Below, piece by piece: positions 12,130 to 21,946 of a stretch of 64,000 nucleotides of DNA. Below the pieces are notes generated by a model, which searched no databases, was not told where the DNA came from, and saw only the letters and a list, made by a program, of their open reading frames with translations. The position numbers and the translations under genes are program-made. Each line of letters begins with the position of its first letter. The stretch's first letter is position 1. The stretch comes from an uncultured bacterium (GTDB taxonomy: Bacteria; Babelota; Babeliae; Babelales; Vermiphilaceae): positions 640,001 through 704,000 of the forward strand of contig OY968764.1 in NCBI GenBank assembly GCA_963695335.1. Direction: 5' to 3'.

Positions 12130-13557
12130 AGCTTTTTCTATTCTTTTCAAGGCTTCTGGGCCACCAAGCATTGTAACAAGTTCGTGAATGCCAGGTCCAT
12201 TTGTTTTACCCATCATAGCTAAACGTAAAAACCAAAAGAGTTCTTTGAGTGATAGTCCACTATTTTTTGCAGCTATTTTTATCTGTGATGCAAACTCTTG
12301 CTCGTTACTGAGTAAAAGGTTTTTATGTTCAGTAATGACAGTTTTTAATGCATTGTATGAAGCTTGTGGAATGCATGCTTCAATATCAACAACTGTTACT
12401 TGTGGTTGTGTAAAATAAAATTCAAGTGCATTAACAGCATCACATATTGTTGTTAATTCTGATTTTATCGTTTGAATAAGACCAGTTAAAATTGCATCGT
12501 CAAGATTTTTTACTTTATCGCCATAGGCGATTTCTAGATATGGACGGCATTGCGCTGTTAACTGTTCTGGTGAGTAACGATTAATCCAGCTCTTGTTAAT
12601 CCATTTTAATTTTTCTAAATCATACGTTATGTGGCTTGATGAATTGATAGCATCAAAATTAAAATTGGCAGCAAGAACATCAAGTGGCATAATTTCATCT
12701 TTAAATGATCCACCAATAATAGAAACATAATTGGCAACTGCTTCAGGTAAAAAGCCAGCATCTTTTAGATCTCGTAATGAAAAACCAAAATCACGTTTGG
12801 AAAGTTTTTTTCCTTCTAAATTCACCAAAATTGGTAAGTGCCAATATGTTGGCAGTGATGCATTGATTGCATGAAAAAGAGCTGCTTGATTGGCAGTGTT
12901 AGAAAGATGGTCTGCGCCACGGAAAATATGTGTAATTTCCATAAGGTAATCATCAACAAAGTTAGCAAATATGAACGTAAAACTACCATCTTTACGTGTG
13001 ATAGCAAAATCAGAAAAATTACTCATATCAAAAGTAACATTGCCGTATGCCAAATCAGTAATGGTTAAGGAAAGATTATGATCGCACTTAAAACGCCAAA
13101 TATAAGGAACATTTTCTTGCAATAAACGATCAATTTCTGGTTGCGATAATGCCAAGCATGTGCGATCGTAGCGTGGAGGTAATTTAAGAGCTTGTTGCCT
13201 GAGGCGTTTTTTTTCTAATTCTTGTTCAGTACAAAAACAATGGTAAATTGCTTTTTTTTCTTCAAAAATAGCGCGTTGTTGTTCATAAAGATCTGTGCGA
13301 GCAGATTGGTAGTATGGAGTGTATGGCCCGCCAACGTGAGGCCCTTCATCATATGTCAACCCTAACCATGTAAGATCTTCAATAATTTTTTGTGCTTCAG
13401 GATCAAACATGCGTTGGGCATCAGTATCTTCAATGCGAAGAATAAAAGTGCCATTTTTTTGTTTGGCGAATAAAAAGTTGATAAGTGCTGCGCGAACATT
13501 GCCTAAATGCATCATTCCTGTAGGAGATGGGGCAAAGCGTACACGAATTTTGTGCAT
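12115..13557 (-). CDS. gltX: Glutamate--tRNA ligase
   Basis: RVRFAPSPTG.MHLGN, LRIEDTD, PYYQS.R, KLSKR. Confidence 0.95.
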   Translation of the reverse strand: MHKIRVRFAPSPTGMMHLGNVRAALINFLFAKQKNGTFILRIEDTDAQRMFDPEAQKIIEDLTWLGLTYDEGPHVGGPYTPYYQSARTDLYEQQRAIFEEKKAIYHCFCTEQELEKKRLRQQALKLPPRYDRTCLALSQPEIDRLLQENVPYIWRFKCDHNLSLTITDLAYGNVTFDMSNFSDFAITRKDGSFTFIFANFVDDYLMEITHIFRGADHLSNTANQAALFHAINASLPTYWHLPILVNLEGKKLSKRDFGFSLRDLKDAGFLPEAVANYVSIIGGSFKDEIMPLDVLAANFNFDAINSSSHITYDLEKLKWINKSWINRYSPEQLTAQCRPYLEIAYGDKVKNLDDAILTGLIQTIKSELTTICDAVNALEFYFTQPQVTVVDIEACIPQASYNALKTVITEHKNLLLSNEQEFASQIKIAAKNSGLSLKELFWFLRLAMMGKTNGPGIHELVTMLGGPEALKRIEKALQLI

Positions 13558-13715
13558 ATTGAGTTCCTAGTTATATGAATATTACTATTTTAGTTTACTC
13601 GCAATAGTTTCAAAGTCCAGATTGTACTCCAAGACTTTTGCTTTAAATTCTTTGACATATAGACCCTTGGTTTGCTATTTTTCTCCCAAAAGGTTTTTAG
13701 TAAAAGGGTAGAATA

Positions 13716-13994
13716 ATGAAGAAATGTCTTAAAATTACCTTGGTGTCAAAAATTCTCAAGGGAGCCTTACGGGATTCCATTCAAGCAACAGCAAGAAAGC
13801 TTGCTATAGAAGGCACAGTTCAGATGATTGAGCCAAATGAGTTGGTGATTATTGCGTGTGGAGAAAAAGAAAGAATTGATGATTTTCTGGATGCTGTTCA
13901 CCAGGGGTTTGATGCGTATGTGCCTGAAGATGTCTTGATTGAGCCTTTTTTAAAGGAAAAGGATTATCGAGGTATTTTTAGAATTTTAGAATAG
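13716..13994 (+). CDS. Acylphosphatase-like protein
   Basis: 92 aa; R..I...ARKL.IEG.V....ELVIIACGE...D.FL pattern; catalytic Asn not evident. Confidence 0.6.
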   Translation: MKKCLKITLVSKILKGALRDSIQATARKLAIEGTVQMIEPNELVIIACGEKERIDDFLDAVHQGFDAYVPEDVLIEPFLKEKDYRGIFRILE

Positions 13995-14005
13995 TATTGT
14001 TGTTC

Positions 14006-14056
14006 ACAATGTAAGCGGGAGGGAATATAAAAAACCCCTCACGCTTACATTGTTTT
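14006..14056. terminator. Intrinsic terminator between convergent genes
   Basis: acaatgtaagcg.gaggg / ccctc.cgcttacattgt hairpin followed by T run. Confidence 0.75.
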
Positions 14057-14067
14057 ATTTAAAAAGT

Positions 14068-16152
14068 CTAGATTGTTCTTCTTTTTATGTTAGCAATTCT
14101 TGTGTTTATTGCATCGCGTTCTTGCGTAGTTATTTGATCTTTTGGAAGTAAGTTTAATTGGCGTTCTAATGTGTATACGTCATTTCTATAGCGGTTTAAA
14201 ATACTCTCGCGCGATATATGAGCAGTCTCTTTATTTTGTTGTCGCCAAGCTTCTTCTTTTTTGAGTTGTTCAGGATTGGTAGCCAATTCAAGTGCGCTGA
14301 GTTGTTGGAGTAAAAGAGTTTTTTTTAATGCGCCAGGTTTTTTGACTAGAGTGTCTTTATTAGTTTTTTTTGTAATTACCGGTGTTGATGTGCCGATACT
14401 GGAAGATACTTGTAAAGTATCAAATATGTCAAAAAGATCTTGGTTATCAGCAAGATTTTCAAGATGTTCTGATACGGTGTATGGTTTTCCCTTAAAATTA
14501 AAAGTAACATTAACAGTTGAATCTATGACAAGTTTTTCAGGATCAGGAGATAGTTTTCCGGTAATTTGGATTGTCATATTGTCAAGAGAAATTTTTTCGT
14601 AATCACCCGCATCTAATCCTGAATTCTCAGGGTTAAGAGTTTCTAATTTTTTAATAATGAACGTAATTTTTGTATAACTACTGTTCAGGCGTACAAAATT
14701 ATAGATAGTCCAATTAAATCCGGAGCTATCTATAATTTTTTCAAAAGTGTGTGTAGCTTGATTGTCTTTAACAATTGTTGCTGGTGATACAATATCGGTC
14801 AGTCCATTCAATTGTAATGGAACTTTGATGTGTGTGGGATACATAATAATTGTTCTTATATCTGGATTACTTAAATCAATGGTGCGACCTTCATGTTCAT
14901 GAGCCTTGGCAATTGTATTAGTCAAAATTTTTACTGACGTATCAACTGATAGGGCATTGAAGACGCCAACGGAAGGTATACGGACAAAAGGTTGATTTGT
15001 TTGAATAGTATTAGGATCAATAAGATTACGTACAATTGCCCCAATAGGATCTTTTTTTAAAGCATCTTGTTGTGTTTTCGTTGTAACAAATTCCATCGGA
15101 TTGCAAAAAAAATTTTCAAGCATGCCAAAAAAGGGAGTGAATATTAGATGAGACAAAATGAAATTGGTTCCTTTGTCATTTATCTTGTATTTAAGACTAT
15201 TACCTAGAGTGAATGCTTCATTAATGCCTTCTGCGGTAACAATAAAATTAACGTTTAACTTGGATAAAATTTCATTTACTGTTGTTTGATTATATCCTCC
15301 TGCAAAACAAGTAGCATAATACACAAATGATGTTGTTATATCATTGTTAAAGAGCTTCATGAGCTGTGCAAAATCATTAAATGGTATTCCTGCAACGTAT
15401 GCGGTTTCTGGTGCAAGTATTCCATTTTTTTGTATAGCGGGGTCGCCGTGGCCTGTTATGTAAATATTCCATGAACCACTATCGGGTTGCGAGATTGATT
15501 TTTTTGTTATAAGCATTGATTGAAGCGCTTCTGTAATGTTTATGTGTTTTTCGCTACGCTTTGTTTGTATGTATTTTAGCAACGTTTCGGGAGATACATT
15601 ATTAATTTTATCAAGGTTGGTAATGTTAAACCCGCATTCTTTTATGTGGGCATTACTATCACCAGATGATTTTTGTGTACGCTTGGTAACATAGGTTTTT
15701 GGTATTAAAAGTATAAAATTTGCTTGTTTGTGAGCATAACAATACCAGTCATCATCGGTTAAGTTAGTTACGCTCAGTTCTGCTGCAAGAGAGGGTTCTG
15801 GTTTATTAGATTGTTCTGTGGCATCTAAAAGTGTTTTAGCTTTTTCTATTGCATCGTCAAAATTCTTTGTACTGAGAGCTTCTTTCTTTATATCATCAAG
15901 CATTTGCTTGAATTCATTTTTCCAAAAACAAAAATTGTTTACTACATTGCTTGATATGATTATAGGAACACTTTTTTCTTGTAAGGCACATAGAAAACTC
16001 CCTGCCATAGCAAGATGTTTCCCGTCAGTTTTTTCCTTTTCTCTGGGATCAAGGATAAGAATGAGGCTGTTGCATTTTGTATTAGCCCAACAATTTTGTA
16101 GGGTTCCGAGTCCAATAATCAGCATAAGTGAATATTTAATTGCTCTTTTCAT
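14068..16152 (-). CDS. Secreted protein with putative clan-CD (His-Cys) cysteine protease domain
   Basis: GGGGAGG RBS before ATG 16152, signal peptide; NIYITGHG ... FVYYATCFAGG. Confidence 0.55.
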   Translation of the reverse strand: MKRAIKYSLMLIIGLGTLQNCWANTKCNSLILILDPREKEKTDGKHLAMAGSFLCALQEKSVPIIISSNVVNNFCFWKNEFKQMLDDIKKEALSTKNFDDAIEKAKTLLDATEQSNKPEPSLAAELSVTNLTDDDWYCYAHKQANFILLIPKTYVTKRTQKSSGDSNAHIKECGFNITNLDKINNVSPETLLKYIQTKRSEKHINITEALQSMLITKKSISQPDSGSWNIYITGHGDPAIQKNGILAPETAYVAGIPFNDFAQLMKLFNNDITTSFVYYATCFAGGYNQTTVNEILSKLNVNFIVTAEGINEAFTLGNSLKYKINDKGTNFILSHLIFTPFFGMLENFFCNPMEFVTTKTQQDALKKDPIGAIVRNLIDPNTIQTNQPFVRIPSVGVFNALSVDTSVKILTNTIAKAHEHEGRTIDLSNPDIRTIIMYPTHIKVPLQLNGLTDIVSPATIVKDNQATHTFEKIIDSSGFNWTIYNFVRLNSSYTKITFIIKKLETLNPENSGLDAGDYEKISLDNMTIQITGKLSPDPEKLVIDSTVNVTFNFKGKPYTVSEHLENLADNQDLFDIFDTLQVSSSIGTSTPVITKKTNKDTLVKKPGALKKTLLLQQLSALELATNPEQLKKEEAWRQQNKETAHISRESILNRYRNDVYTLERQLNLLPKDQITTQERDAINTRIANIKRRTI

Positions 16153-16356
16153 CAATACCTCCCCATTATTTACGACTGATTGTAATAGATATATAGTACT
16201 TATTAATATAAATATAGAGCAGTTAGATTCAGATTGTAAATAATTTTTATGAATAATATAAAAAAGTGTGGTGTTAAAAGTAAATATTCTTATTTTTGAT
16301 ACACTGTTGGAATGTATTCCTATGAAAAAAATCACATTCCAATATTTTTATTTTTT

Positions 16357-19245
16357 ATGAATCGATCAGCATTGTGGTATCATCTTGGTGGTTTGTTATT
16401 ATTGTGTTTTGTATCTACCAGTGCCCAGCAAGAAACTGTTAGCCATGAGATTGTCGTTTTATCTGACAATGTTGTTAACACAGATATTATTAAAAAAACT
16501 TTTATTGAACCAATCCGTTATGATGAGATTTCATTTGAATCTGATGCTATGTTGCAGCAGGATGAATTTTTTTATCTGTTTCCTTTTAAAGGTGGCGATT
16601 GCATAGATAGTGATCAGCTTATTGCGTCCCTTGAGCTTTGTGCAAAGAAAAATAAATTCTCTAAGATTAGCATTACAATTCTCACCACACATGAAACGGT
16701 ACGATTACATTTCAGTTTTTCAGCCGCATGGACATTTAAAAAAATTAAAATTCATAACGTCTATCAAGGTAAGCATGCGTTATTGCAGTTTTATGCAATG
16801 GAAAGAGGGGAACTGTTTGACAAATCAAAGCATGACTATTCGCTAGAAAAGATTAAAGAGTTTTTATTACACAACGGTTATTTTGACTGCAGTGTAACGA
16901 GTCATCTTGCATATGATAATCAGACAAAAGAAGTGATAGTTCATATTTGTGTCAAAAAAGGGAAGCGTTTCTCTTTTGGTTCAGTTGATGTTGCGTTAAC
17001 CGTTGAAGATGGTCTGTGTGATGATAATGATGAGTTACGTAAGCAGATAAAGAAAAAGATTTCACATGCGTTAGCATCCCGCTCATTCACGCAAGAGCAG
17101 CTTGATAAAGAGTTAGCTGATGTAAAAGATTATTTAGCAAAAAAAGGTTTTTTTTATAGCGTTATCAAATGTAAGCAAAAAGTTGATCATGAGCATGTAA
17201 AAGTGAATCTTTTGTGGAAAATTAATATAACTCAAAAAAGAGAGATTGTTTTTTTTGGACATCGTTTTTTTTCTAAAAAAGAGTTGCTTGAAAAAATTTT
17301 AGCGTTTGGACAATCGGTATATTTGTTGCCAGCAACAATTTTGGTAGAAGAGATAATGCGTGCGTATAAAAGTAAGGGGTTTTTTAATGCACAAGTCACA
17401 ACGCAGGAAGAAAAAGATCGTTCTTTTTTTATCATAAAAGAAGGGTCTCGTGCAGTTATCACATCAGTTGAAATTAAAAACGGCGCTTTTATCAATCAAA
17501 CAGTTTTGCGAAAAAAATTTTTTGCAAGACTTTTAAAATACGGATATTACGACGCTCAGCTTTATGATGATGCGGTTGCTCATTTGACTCACTATTATTT
17601 TAATCAAGGATTTGTTTATTTTGCTGTTGTTAACTATGAGTGTGTACCGACTGAAGTTGAAAATGAATACCGGTTAATTGTGACCGTTGATGAAGGGACG
17701 CAGCGATGTATTACATCGTCTACAGTTGAAGGTTATCCAGAATTAAATCGAAAGGGACCTTTTCTTATACAAGATGGTGGTGTGTCTTTTAATAGTAAGA
17801 TTATTGATGAACAACGTGCATGGTTGGTGACTCATTTTCAATCTTTGGGTTTTTTGCGTGCCCGTTTTAAGTCCGTTATAGAAACTGATGGTGATAGTGT
17901 TATGATCAAATGGGTTGTTGATCCAGGAGAGAAGATTTATTTTGGAAAAACTATTGTGTCAGGAAGCTTGTCTTTACCTTTTTCTTATATTCAACGTTTA
18001 CTAGCTTATCAAGAAGGAGATTTGTGGGATCAGGCGAAAATCAAACAGACATATAAAGCGTTTAAAGATTTAGAAATATTTGAATCAATCCATTTGTCCA
18101 CGGATTATACTCATAATGACGAAAACAAATCTGTTTTATTAAAATTACATCTTGATGATCGTTATGAGATACGAACACGTGTAGGTTTTGAACTACAACA
18201 TTTACGTAAATATCATATATTCACTGGACCAGCATACCGCGTAGGTGGAACGGCGATTATCAAAAACCCTACTGATTCTGCCGATCAAATTCGTTTTGAT
18301 TGTGATTTTGCCACATCGCACCGTGAAATTGTTGGGCGATATAAACGCCCTGTATTTACACAAAAGCCGTTTTTTGTTCTTGCTCAGGTATATAGCACGC
18401 TTTATGATCAGTTTGGATTTATAGGAAGCACCAATAGTGTTTATACGGTTTTGCAGCATGGATTTTTATGTGGTATTCAAAAGAAAAATCAACGCTCTGA
18501 TTTGGCTTGCAATGGTGGGTTTGAATGGATGAAATTGCATATTAATGATAAAGAAGAGCCGTTATCATTTGCCCGTGCCATTGATTTTGAACCACAATAT
18601 TTGGAAAAATTGGTACCGTTCGTTTTTGTTGAACCAACATTTATGTTTGAGCGGGTTGATGATGTACTTAATCCTACACAGGGGGGTATTGGGCTTATTT
18701 CTTTAAAAGGGATGTTTCCTCTTAAGCATAAATACAAAGATACTTCGTTTTTTAAGGTTATGGCTGAACAATCATTTTTTATTCCATTAAAGTGTGTCGT
18801 AGCGGCATTCAGATTTAGGTGCGGACATATTTTTTATCGAGAATTTGCTGGCATTATGCCTTCAGAGCGTTTTTATTTAGGAGGATCGCATTCCTTGCGT
18901 TCTTATGAATCTGATCTTGCACCGCCTGTGGGAGTATTTGAGGACTATAATGGGAAAAAGCATATTGTTCCACGCGGAGGCCGCACAATGGTCAACGGTA
19001 ATATTGAGCTGCGCTTTTCATTGTATAAAAAAATGGGGGCTGTGTTGTTTCAAGATTTGGGAGCGTTGAGTGGTACTATGTTTGCTAACTTTAAGCGGCA
19101 AGATATTTTGGCCTCAACGGGATTTGGTGTGCGATTTTTCACGCCTATTGGCCCATTACGTTTTGATATTGGATGGAAGTGGCGCAAGCAGATTCCGGAA
19201 GAACGTTCATTTGCTTGGTTTCTGACATTCGGGCAGGCATTCTAA
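16357..19245 (+). CDS. Omp85 family (BamA/TamA-like) outer-membrane assembly protein
   Basis: POTRA-like repeats, ERFYLGGSHSLRSY, GFGVRFFTPIGPLRFDIG, C-terminal FGQAF; start may be 16312. Confidence 0.9.
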   Translation: MNRSALWYHLGGLLLLCFVSTSAQQETVSHEIVVLSDNVVNTDIIKKTFIEPIRYDEISFESDAMLQQDEFFYLFPFKGGDCIDSDQLIASLELCAKKNKFSKISITILTTHETVRLHFSFSAAWTFKKIKIHNVYQGKHALLQFYAMERGELFDKSKHDYSLEKIKEFLLHNGYFDCSVTSHLAYDNQTKEVIVHICVKKGKRFSFGSVDVALTVEDGLCDDNDELRKQIKKKISHALASRSFTQEQLDKELADVKDYLAKKGFFYSVIKCKQKVDHEHVKVNLLWKINITQKREIVFFGHRFFSKKELLEKILAFGQSVYLLPATILVEEIMRAYKSKGFFNAQVTTQEEKDRSFFIIKEGSRAVITSVEIKNGAFINQTVLRKKFFARLLKYGYYDAQLYDDAVAHLTHYYFNQGFVYFAVVNYECVPTEVENEYRLIVTVDEGTQRCITSSTVEGYPELNRKGPFLIQDGGVSFNSKIIDEQRAWLVTHFQSLGFLRARFKSVIETDGDSVMIKWVVDPGEKIYFGKTIVSGSLSLPFSYIQRLLAYQEGDLWDQAKIKQTYKAFKDLEIFESIHLSTDYTHNDENKSVLLKLHLDDRYEIRTRVGFELQHLRKYHIFTGPAYRVGGTAIIKNPTDSADQIRFDCDFATSHREIVGRYKRPVFTQKPFFVLAQVYSTLYDQFGFIGSTNSVYTVLQHGFLCGIQKKNQRSDLACNGGFEWMKLHINDKEEPLSFARAIDFEPQYLEKLVPFVFVEPTFMFERVDDVLNPTQGGIGLISLKGMFPLKHKYKDTSFFKVMAEQSFFIPLKCVVAAFRFRCGHIFYREFAGIMPSERFYLGGSHSLRSYESDLAPPVGVFEDYNGKKHIVPRGGRTMVNGNIELRFSLYKKMGAVLFQDLGALSGTMFANFKRQDILASTGFGVRFFTPIGPLRFDIGWKWRKQIPEERSFAWFLTFGQAF

Positions 19246-19341
19246 GCATATTGGTGGAGGCTTTTGAGATATTTTTATTTATGGTACAATTGGAGTTGAT
19301 AGTAAATTGAAAGAAATTAAATATATTTTTAGGGGTTACGT

Positions 19342-19794
19342 ATGAATATGAGAATATTATTAAGTTCATTGTTGTTGGTTGTTGGTTGTATCAATTGTAA
19401 TGATCATGATCTTAGACTTAAAGATTTGTTTATAAAATCTGAGATAATAACGAAGCAGTTGCTCAATAATCCCGCATTAAGCGGAGCTTCTCGAGAGATG
19501 ACATTAACTGTCTTAGAGCAAGTATTAGCTTGTCAAATGGTATCATTTTGTGCAGCTCGTGCAGCTCGATATACCAATTTAAATAGCAAGGATGCATTGG
19601 AAAAAGTAATCCAAAGCGGGTGTTTAGATGATTTTGATAAAGCGTTTTCTGCTGATGAAGCGGAAAAAATATTTAAAAATAAACTTTCGCCAAATGACGT
19701 AAGAGCATCTTATCAGGAGGCAAAAGTTATTGCGAAGGATTGTTGCCAAGCAGCAATGAATGATTGGGAAAAGCAAGATAATCAAAATAAGTAA
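19342..19794 (+). CDS. Hypothetical secreted protein/lipoprotein
   Basis: AGGGG RBS; LLLVVGC signal. Confidence 0.6.
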   Translation: MNMRILLSSLLLVVGCINCNDHDLRLKDLFIKSEIITKQLLNNPALSGASREMTLTVLEQVLACQMVSFCAARAARYTNLNSKDALEKVIQSGCLDDFDKAFSADEAEKIFKNKLSPNDVRASYQEAKVIAKDCCQAAMNDWEKQDNQNK

Positions 19795-19819
19795 TTTATA
19801 TTACTTCATATTAATGAAA

Positions 19820-19856
19820 TGGGCGATGCGTATAAAAACGCATCACCCGATTTTTA
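19820..19856. terminator. Intrinsic terminator
   Basis: gggcgatgcgt/acgcatcaccc hairpin plus T run. Confidence 0.65.
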
Positions 19857-19860
19857 TTAA

Positions 19861-20736
19861 TTAATCAACAGAAGGTTCTGATACATTCGCCTTAGTTTTT
19901 AGAAATGTTCTTGCTTTTTGTAGTTCGGAACGTTCTAATTTTCTTGATGCTTGTTCTTCTGGAGAAAGTTTATTTTCTACTGCTTGTTTATTTTTAAGGC
20001 GGAAGTATACCGATAAATATCCCTGCATTCCTGGAATATCAAAATTACCTAGAGGATCTTTGCAATAGTCTTCTAAAAATTTGATTTGTTCTTCCAGTAT
20101 GTCAGTTTGAGCTATAATGATCCTTGCTTCTGCCATTTTGTCATCAATAATAGCATCATTTTCTTTTTGCTCGCTAGAATACGGAATAGCATTAATTTCT
20201 CTAATCAACTCATTACATGCTTCTTGAACAAGTCCATCTTTGTCATTGATATATTGTAAGAATTCATCTTTTTTGAGTAATGCATGCAGTTTGGATGAAC
20301 GTGTAGGATAGAGTAATTCTTGGTTGATAGTCACCATTAAATTATTTTGTATATCTTTTATAGCTTCTTCTTTGGATATTGTGCCTCTTCGATATTGATT
20401 GATAATTTTACCACATAAATCAACAGTAATTAGAAAAATACCGACTTTAGCATATAAAAGTAAAGGTGGTGTAAACACAGTAGCCGCGTATATAGGTCTT
20501 CCTAATACCTGTAGCGTTGCTTGAGAATATGGTAAGAGAGCTCTTCCTTGAGTTGCTATAGTTCCTGCTACAGCAGCTGTTGTTAAGGCTGGTCGTATAT
20601 CTGTGGTTTTTTTAGTCCACTGAGTGTATTTCGCTTTAAGCCAATCGCCCCAGCTTTGGTTTTCACTTGCAAAGTCGATATTTGATTGCAAAACTGCACA
20701 AAGTGCAATGGTTATAAGAAATACTTTTTTCTTCAT
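19861..20736 (-). CDS. Hypothetical secreted protein
   Basis: AAAGGA RBS; MKKKVFLITIALCAVLQ signal peptide. Confidence 0.7.
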   Translation of the reverse strand: MKKKVFLITIALCAVLQSNIDFASENQSWGDWLKAKYTQWTKKTTDIRPALTTAAVAGTIATQGRALLPYSQATLQVLGRPIYAATVFTPPLLLYAKVGIFLITVDLCGKIINQYRRGTISKEEAIKDIQNNLMVTINQELLYPTRSSKLHALLKKDEFLQYINDKDGLVQEACNELIREINAIPYSSEQKENDAIIDDKMAEARIIIAQTDILEEQIKFLEDYCKDPLGNFDIPGMQGYLSVYFRLKNKQAVENKLSPEEQASRKLERSELQKARTFLKTKANVSEPSVD

Positions 20737-20772
20737 GGAACTTCCTTTGTAATAAACAAATAAAGCAACTGT

Positions 20773-20813
20773 TATTCAATTTGAATATAAAGAGTAAGGG
20801 GCGTAGAAAGCAA
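20773..20813 (-). promoter_or_regulatory. Sigma70-like promoter overlapped by palindrome TATTCAATTTGAATA
   Basis: TTGCTT-N18-TATATT on minus strand; palindrome 20773-20787 recurs at 21725 and 24808. Confidence 0.55.
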
Positions 20814-20867
20814 TAATTTTAAAAAGAAATTTTAAAGAGTAGAGGAACAATGTGTGCGAATCGCTTG

Positions 20868-20951
20868 TTTGATATTGGATGGAAATGGCGTAAACAGATT
20901 CCAGAAGAACGCTCATTCGCTTGGTTTTTGACCTTTGGATAGGCATTTTAA
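20868..20951 (+). pseudogene. Orphan second copy of the last 28 codons of the Omp85 gene
   Basis: Gap-free match to 19162-19245 with 12 substitutions (11 synonymous, 1 CAG>TAG). Confidence 0.9.
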
Positions 20952-20991
20952 AAATAAGAGAGCGAAGATTTTTTATACCTTCGCTCCTTCT

Positions 20992-21690
20992 TTATTCATA
21001 TACTGGTGTCTCTAGGTATGGATTGCTCTCGGTAGTGGCATATTCTGAATGATATATTGGTTGTGAAGTTGTTGGGGTTGATCTAAAAGAACTTAGCCAA
21101 TTAGTAAATCGATACCAATAACTTTGTTCTCTTGCTTGTCTGTTGCGTTCTTTTATTCTTTTTTCAACACGATTCCAGAATTCAGGATCGGACATCGTTG
21201 ATTGTTTTGTTCTTGATTGTCTTTCGACTTCTAAAAGTCTATCTCTTTCTTGAGCTTGTTGCTCTTGATATTCCGGATTTTTTAATAATTCCTTACGCTG
21301 CGCCCATCTTGATCTATTTTTAATCCAATCGGAATGCGGACCTCCAGCTACTATTCTTTTCTCAAATTCTTCTTTAGGCTCATAGCCTTCGATAAACATA
21401 TTATATTTTTCATGTTGTGTGGAAATAGGTAATTTTTTTTGAAAATAATGAGTGGTTCCCACTCGAACATAACCTTCTGGAATAGATTCTCTCTGTCGGA
21501 TACGTGCAGATTGACTTTCCTTTATATGGGCATAAGGAGTAGATGGTGCATAACGGGTTTCATGCCCACCTCTATGCATTGTATACTTCAACTTAGGTCC
21601 AAAAGATATATCCTTTTCTTTAATTTCACTACCCCTCACTATTCCATTCATTATTCCGACCAGTAGCATTAATTGTACTACCTTCTTCAT
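20992..21690 (-). CDS. Hypothetical secreted protein
   Basis: AAGGAG RBS; signal peptide MKKVVQLMLLVGIMNGIVRG; charged coiled region. Confidence 0.7.
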   Translation of the reverse strand: MKKVVQLMLLVGIMNGIVRGSEIKEKDISFGPKLKYTMHRGGHETRYAPSTPYAHIKESQSARIRQRESIPEGYVRVGTTHYFQKKLPISTQHEKYNMFIEGYEPKEEFEKRIVAGGPHSDWIKNRSRWAQRKELLKNPEYQEQQAQERDRLLEVERQSRTKQSTMSDPEFWNRVEKRIKERNRQAREQSYWYRFTNWLSSFRSTPTTSQPIYHSEYATTESNPYLETPVYE

Positions 21691-21724
21691 TATGACTCCT
21701 TTTGACTTAAACTATAATACTTAT

Positions 21725-21764
21725 TATTCAATTTGAATTATACATGGGGGGGGGTAGAAAGCAA
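21725..21764 (-). promoter_or_regulatory. Sigma70-like promoter with a 9-bp G/C homopolymer in the spacer and palindromic operator
   Basis: TTGCTT-N16-TATAAT on minus strand; G9 at 21746-21754; TATTCAATTTGAAT at 21725-21738. Confidence 0.55.
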
Positions 21765-21946
21765 GAGTTGGGGTAAAATTTAATAAAAATAAGATCAATA
21801 GTGCGTGTGGGGCGTTTGTTTGAGCATTCGATGGAAGTGGTCAAATAGATGCCCTCCTCTTTTAGTGCGATTTTGACATTTTGTAACAAAAATATAAAGT
21901 TATAAATATATGTTGTAATACTAATGATAATTTTATAGGGGCTATT

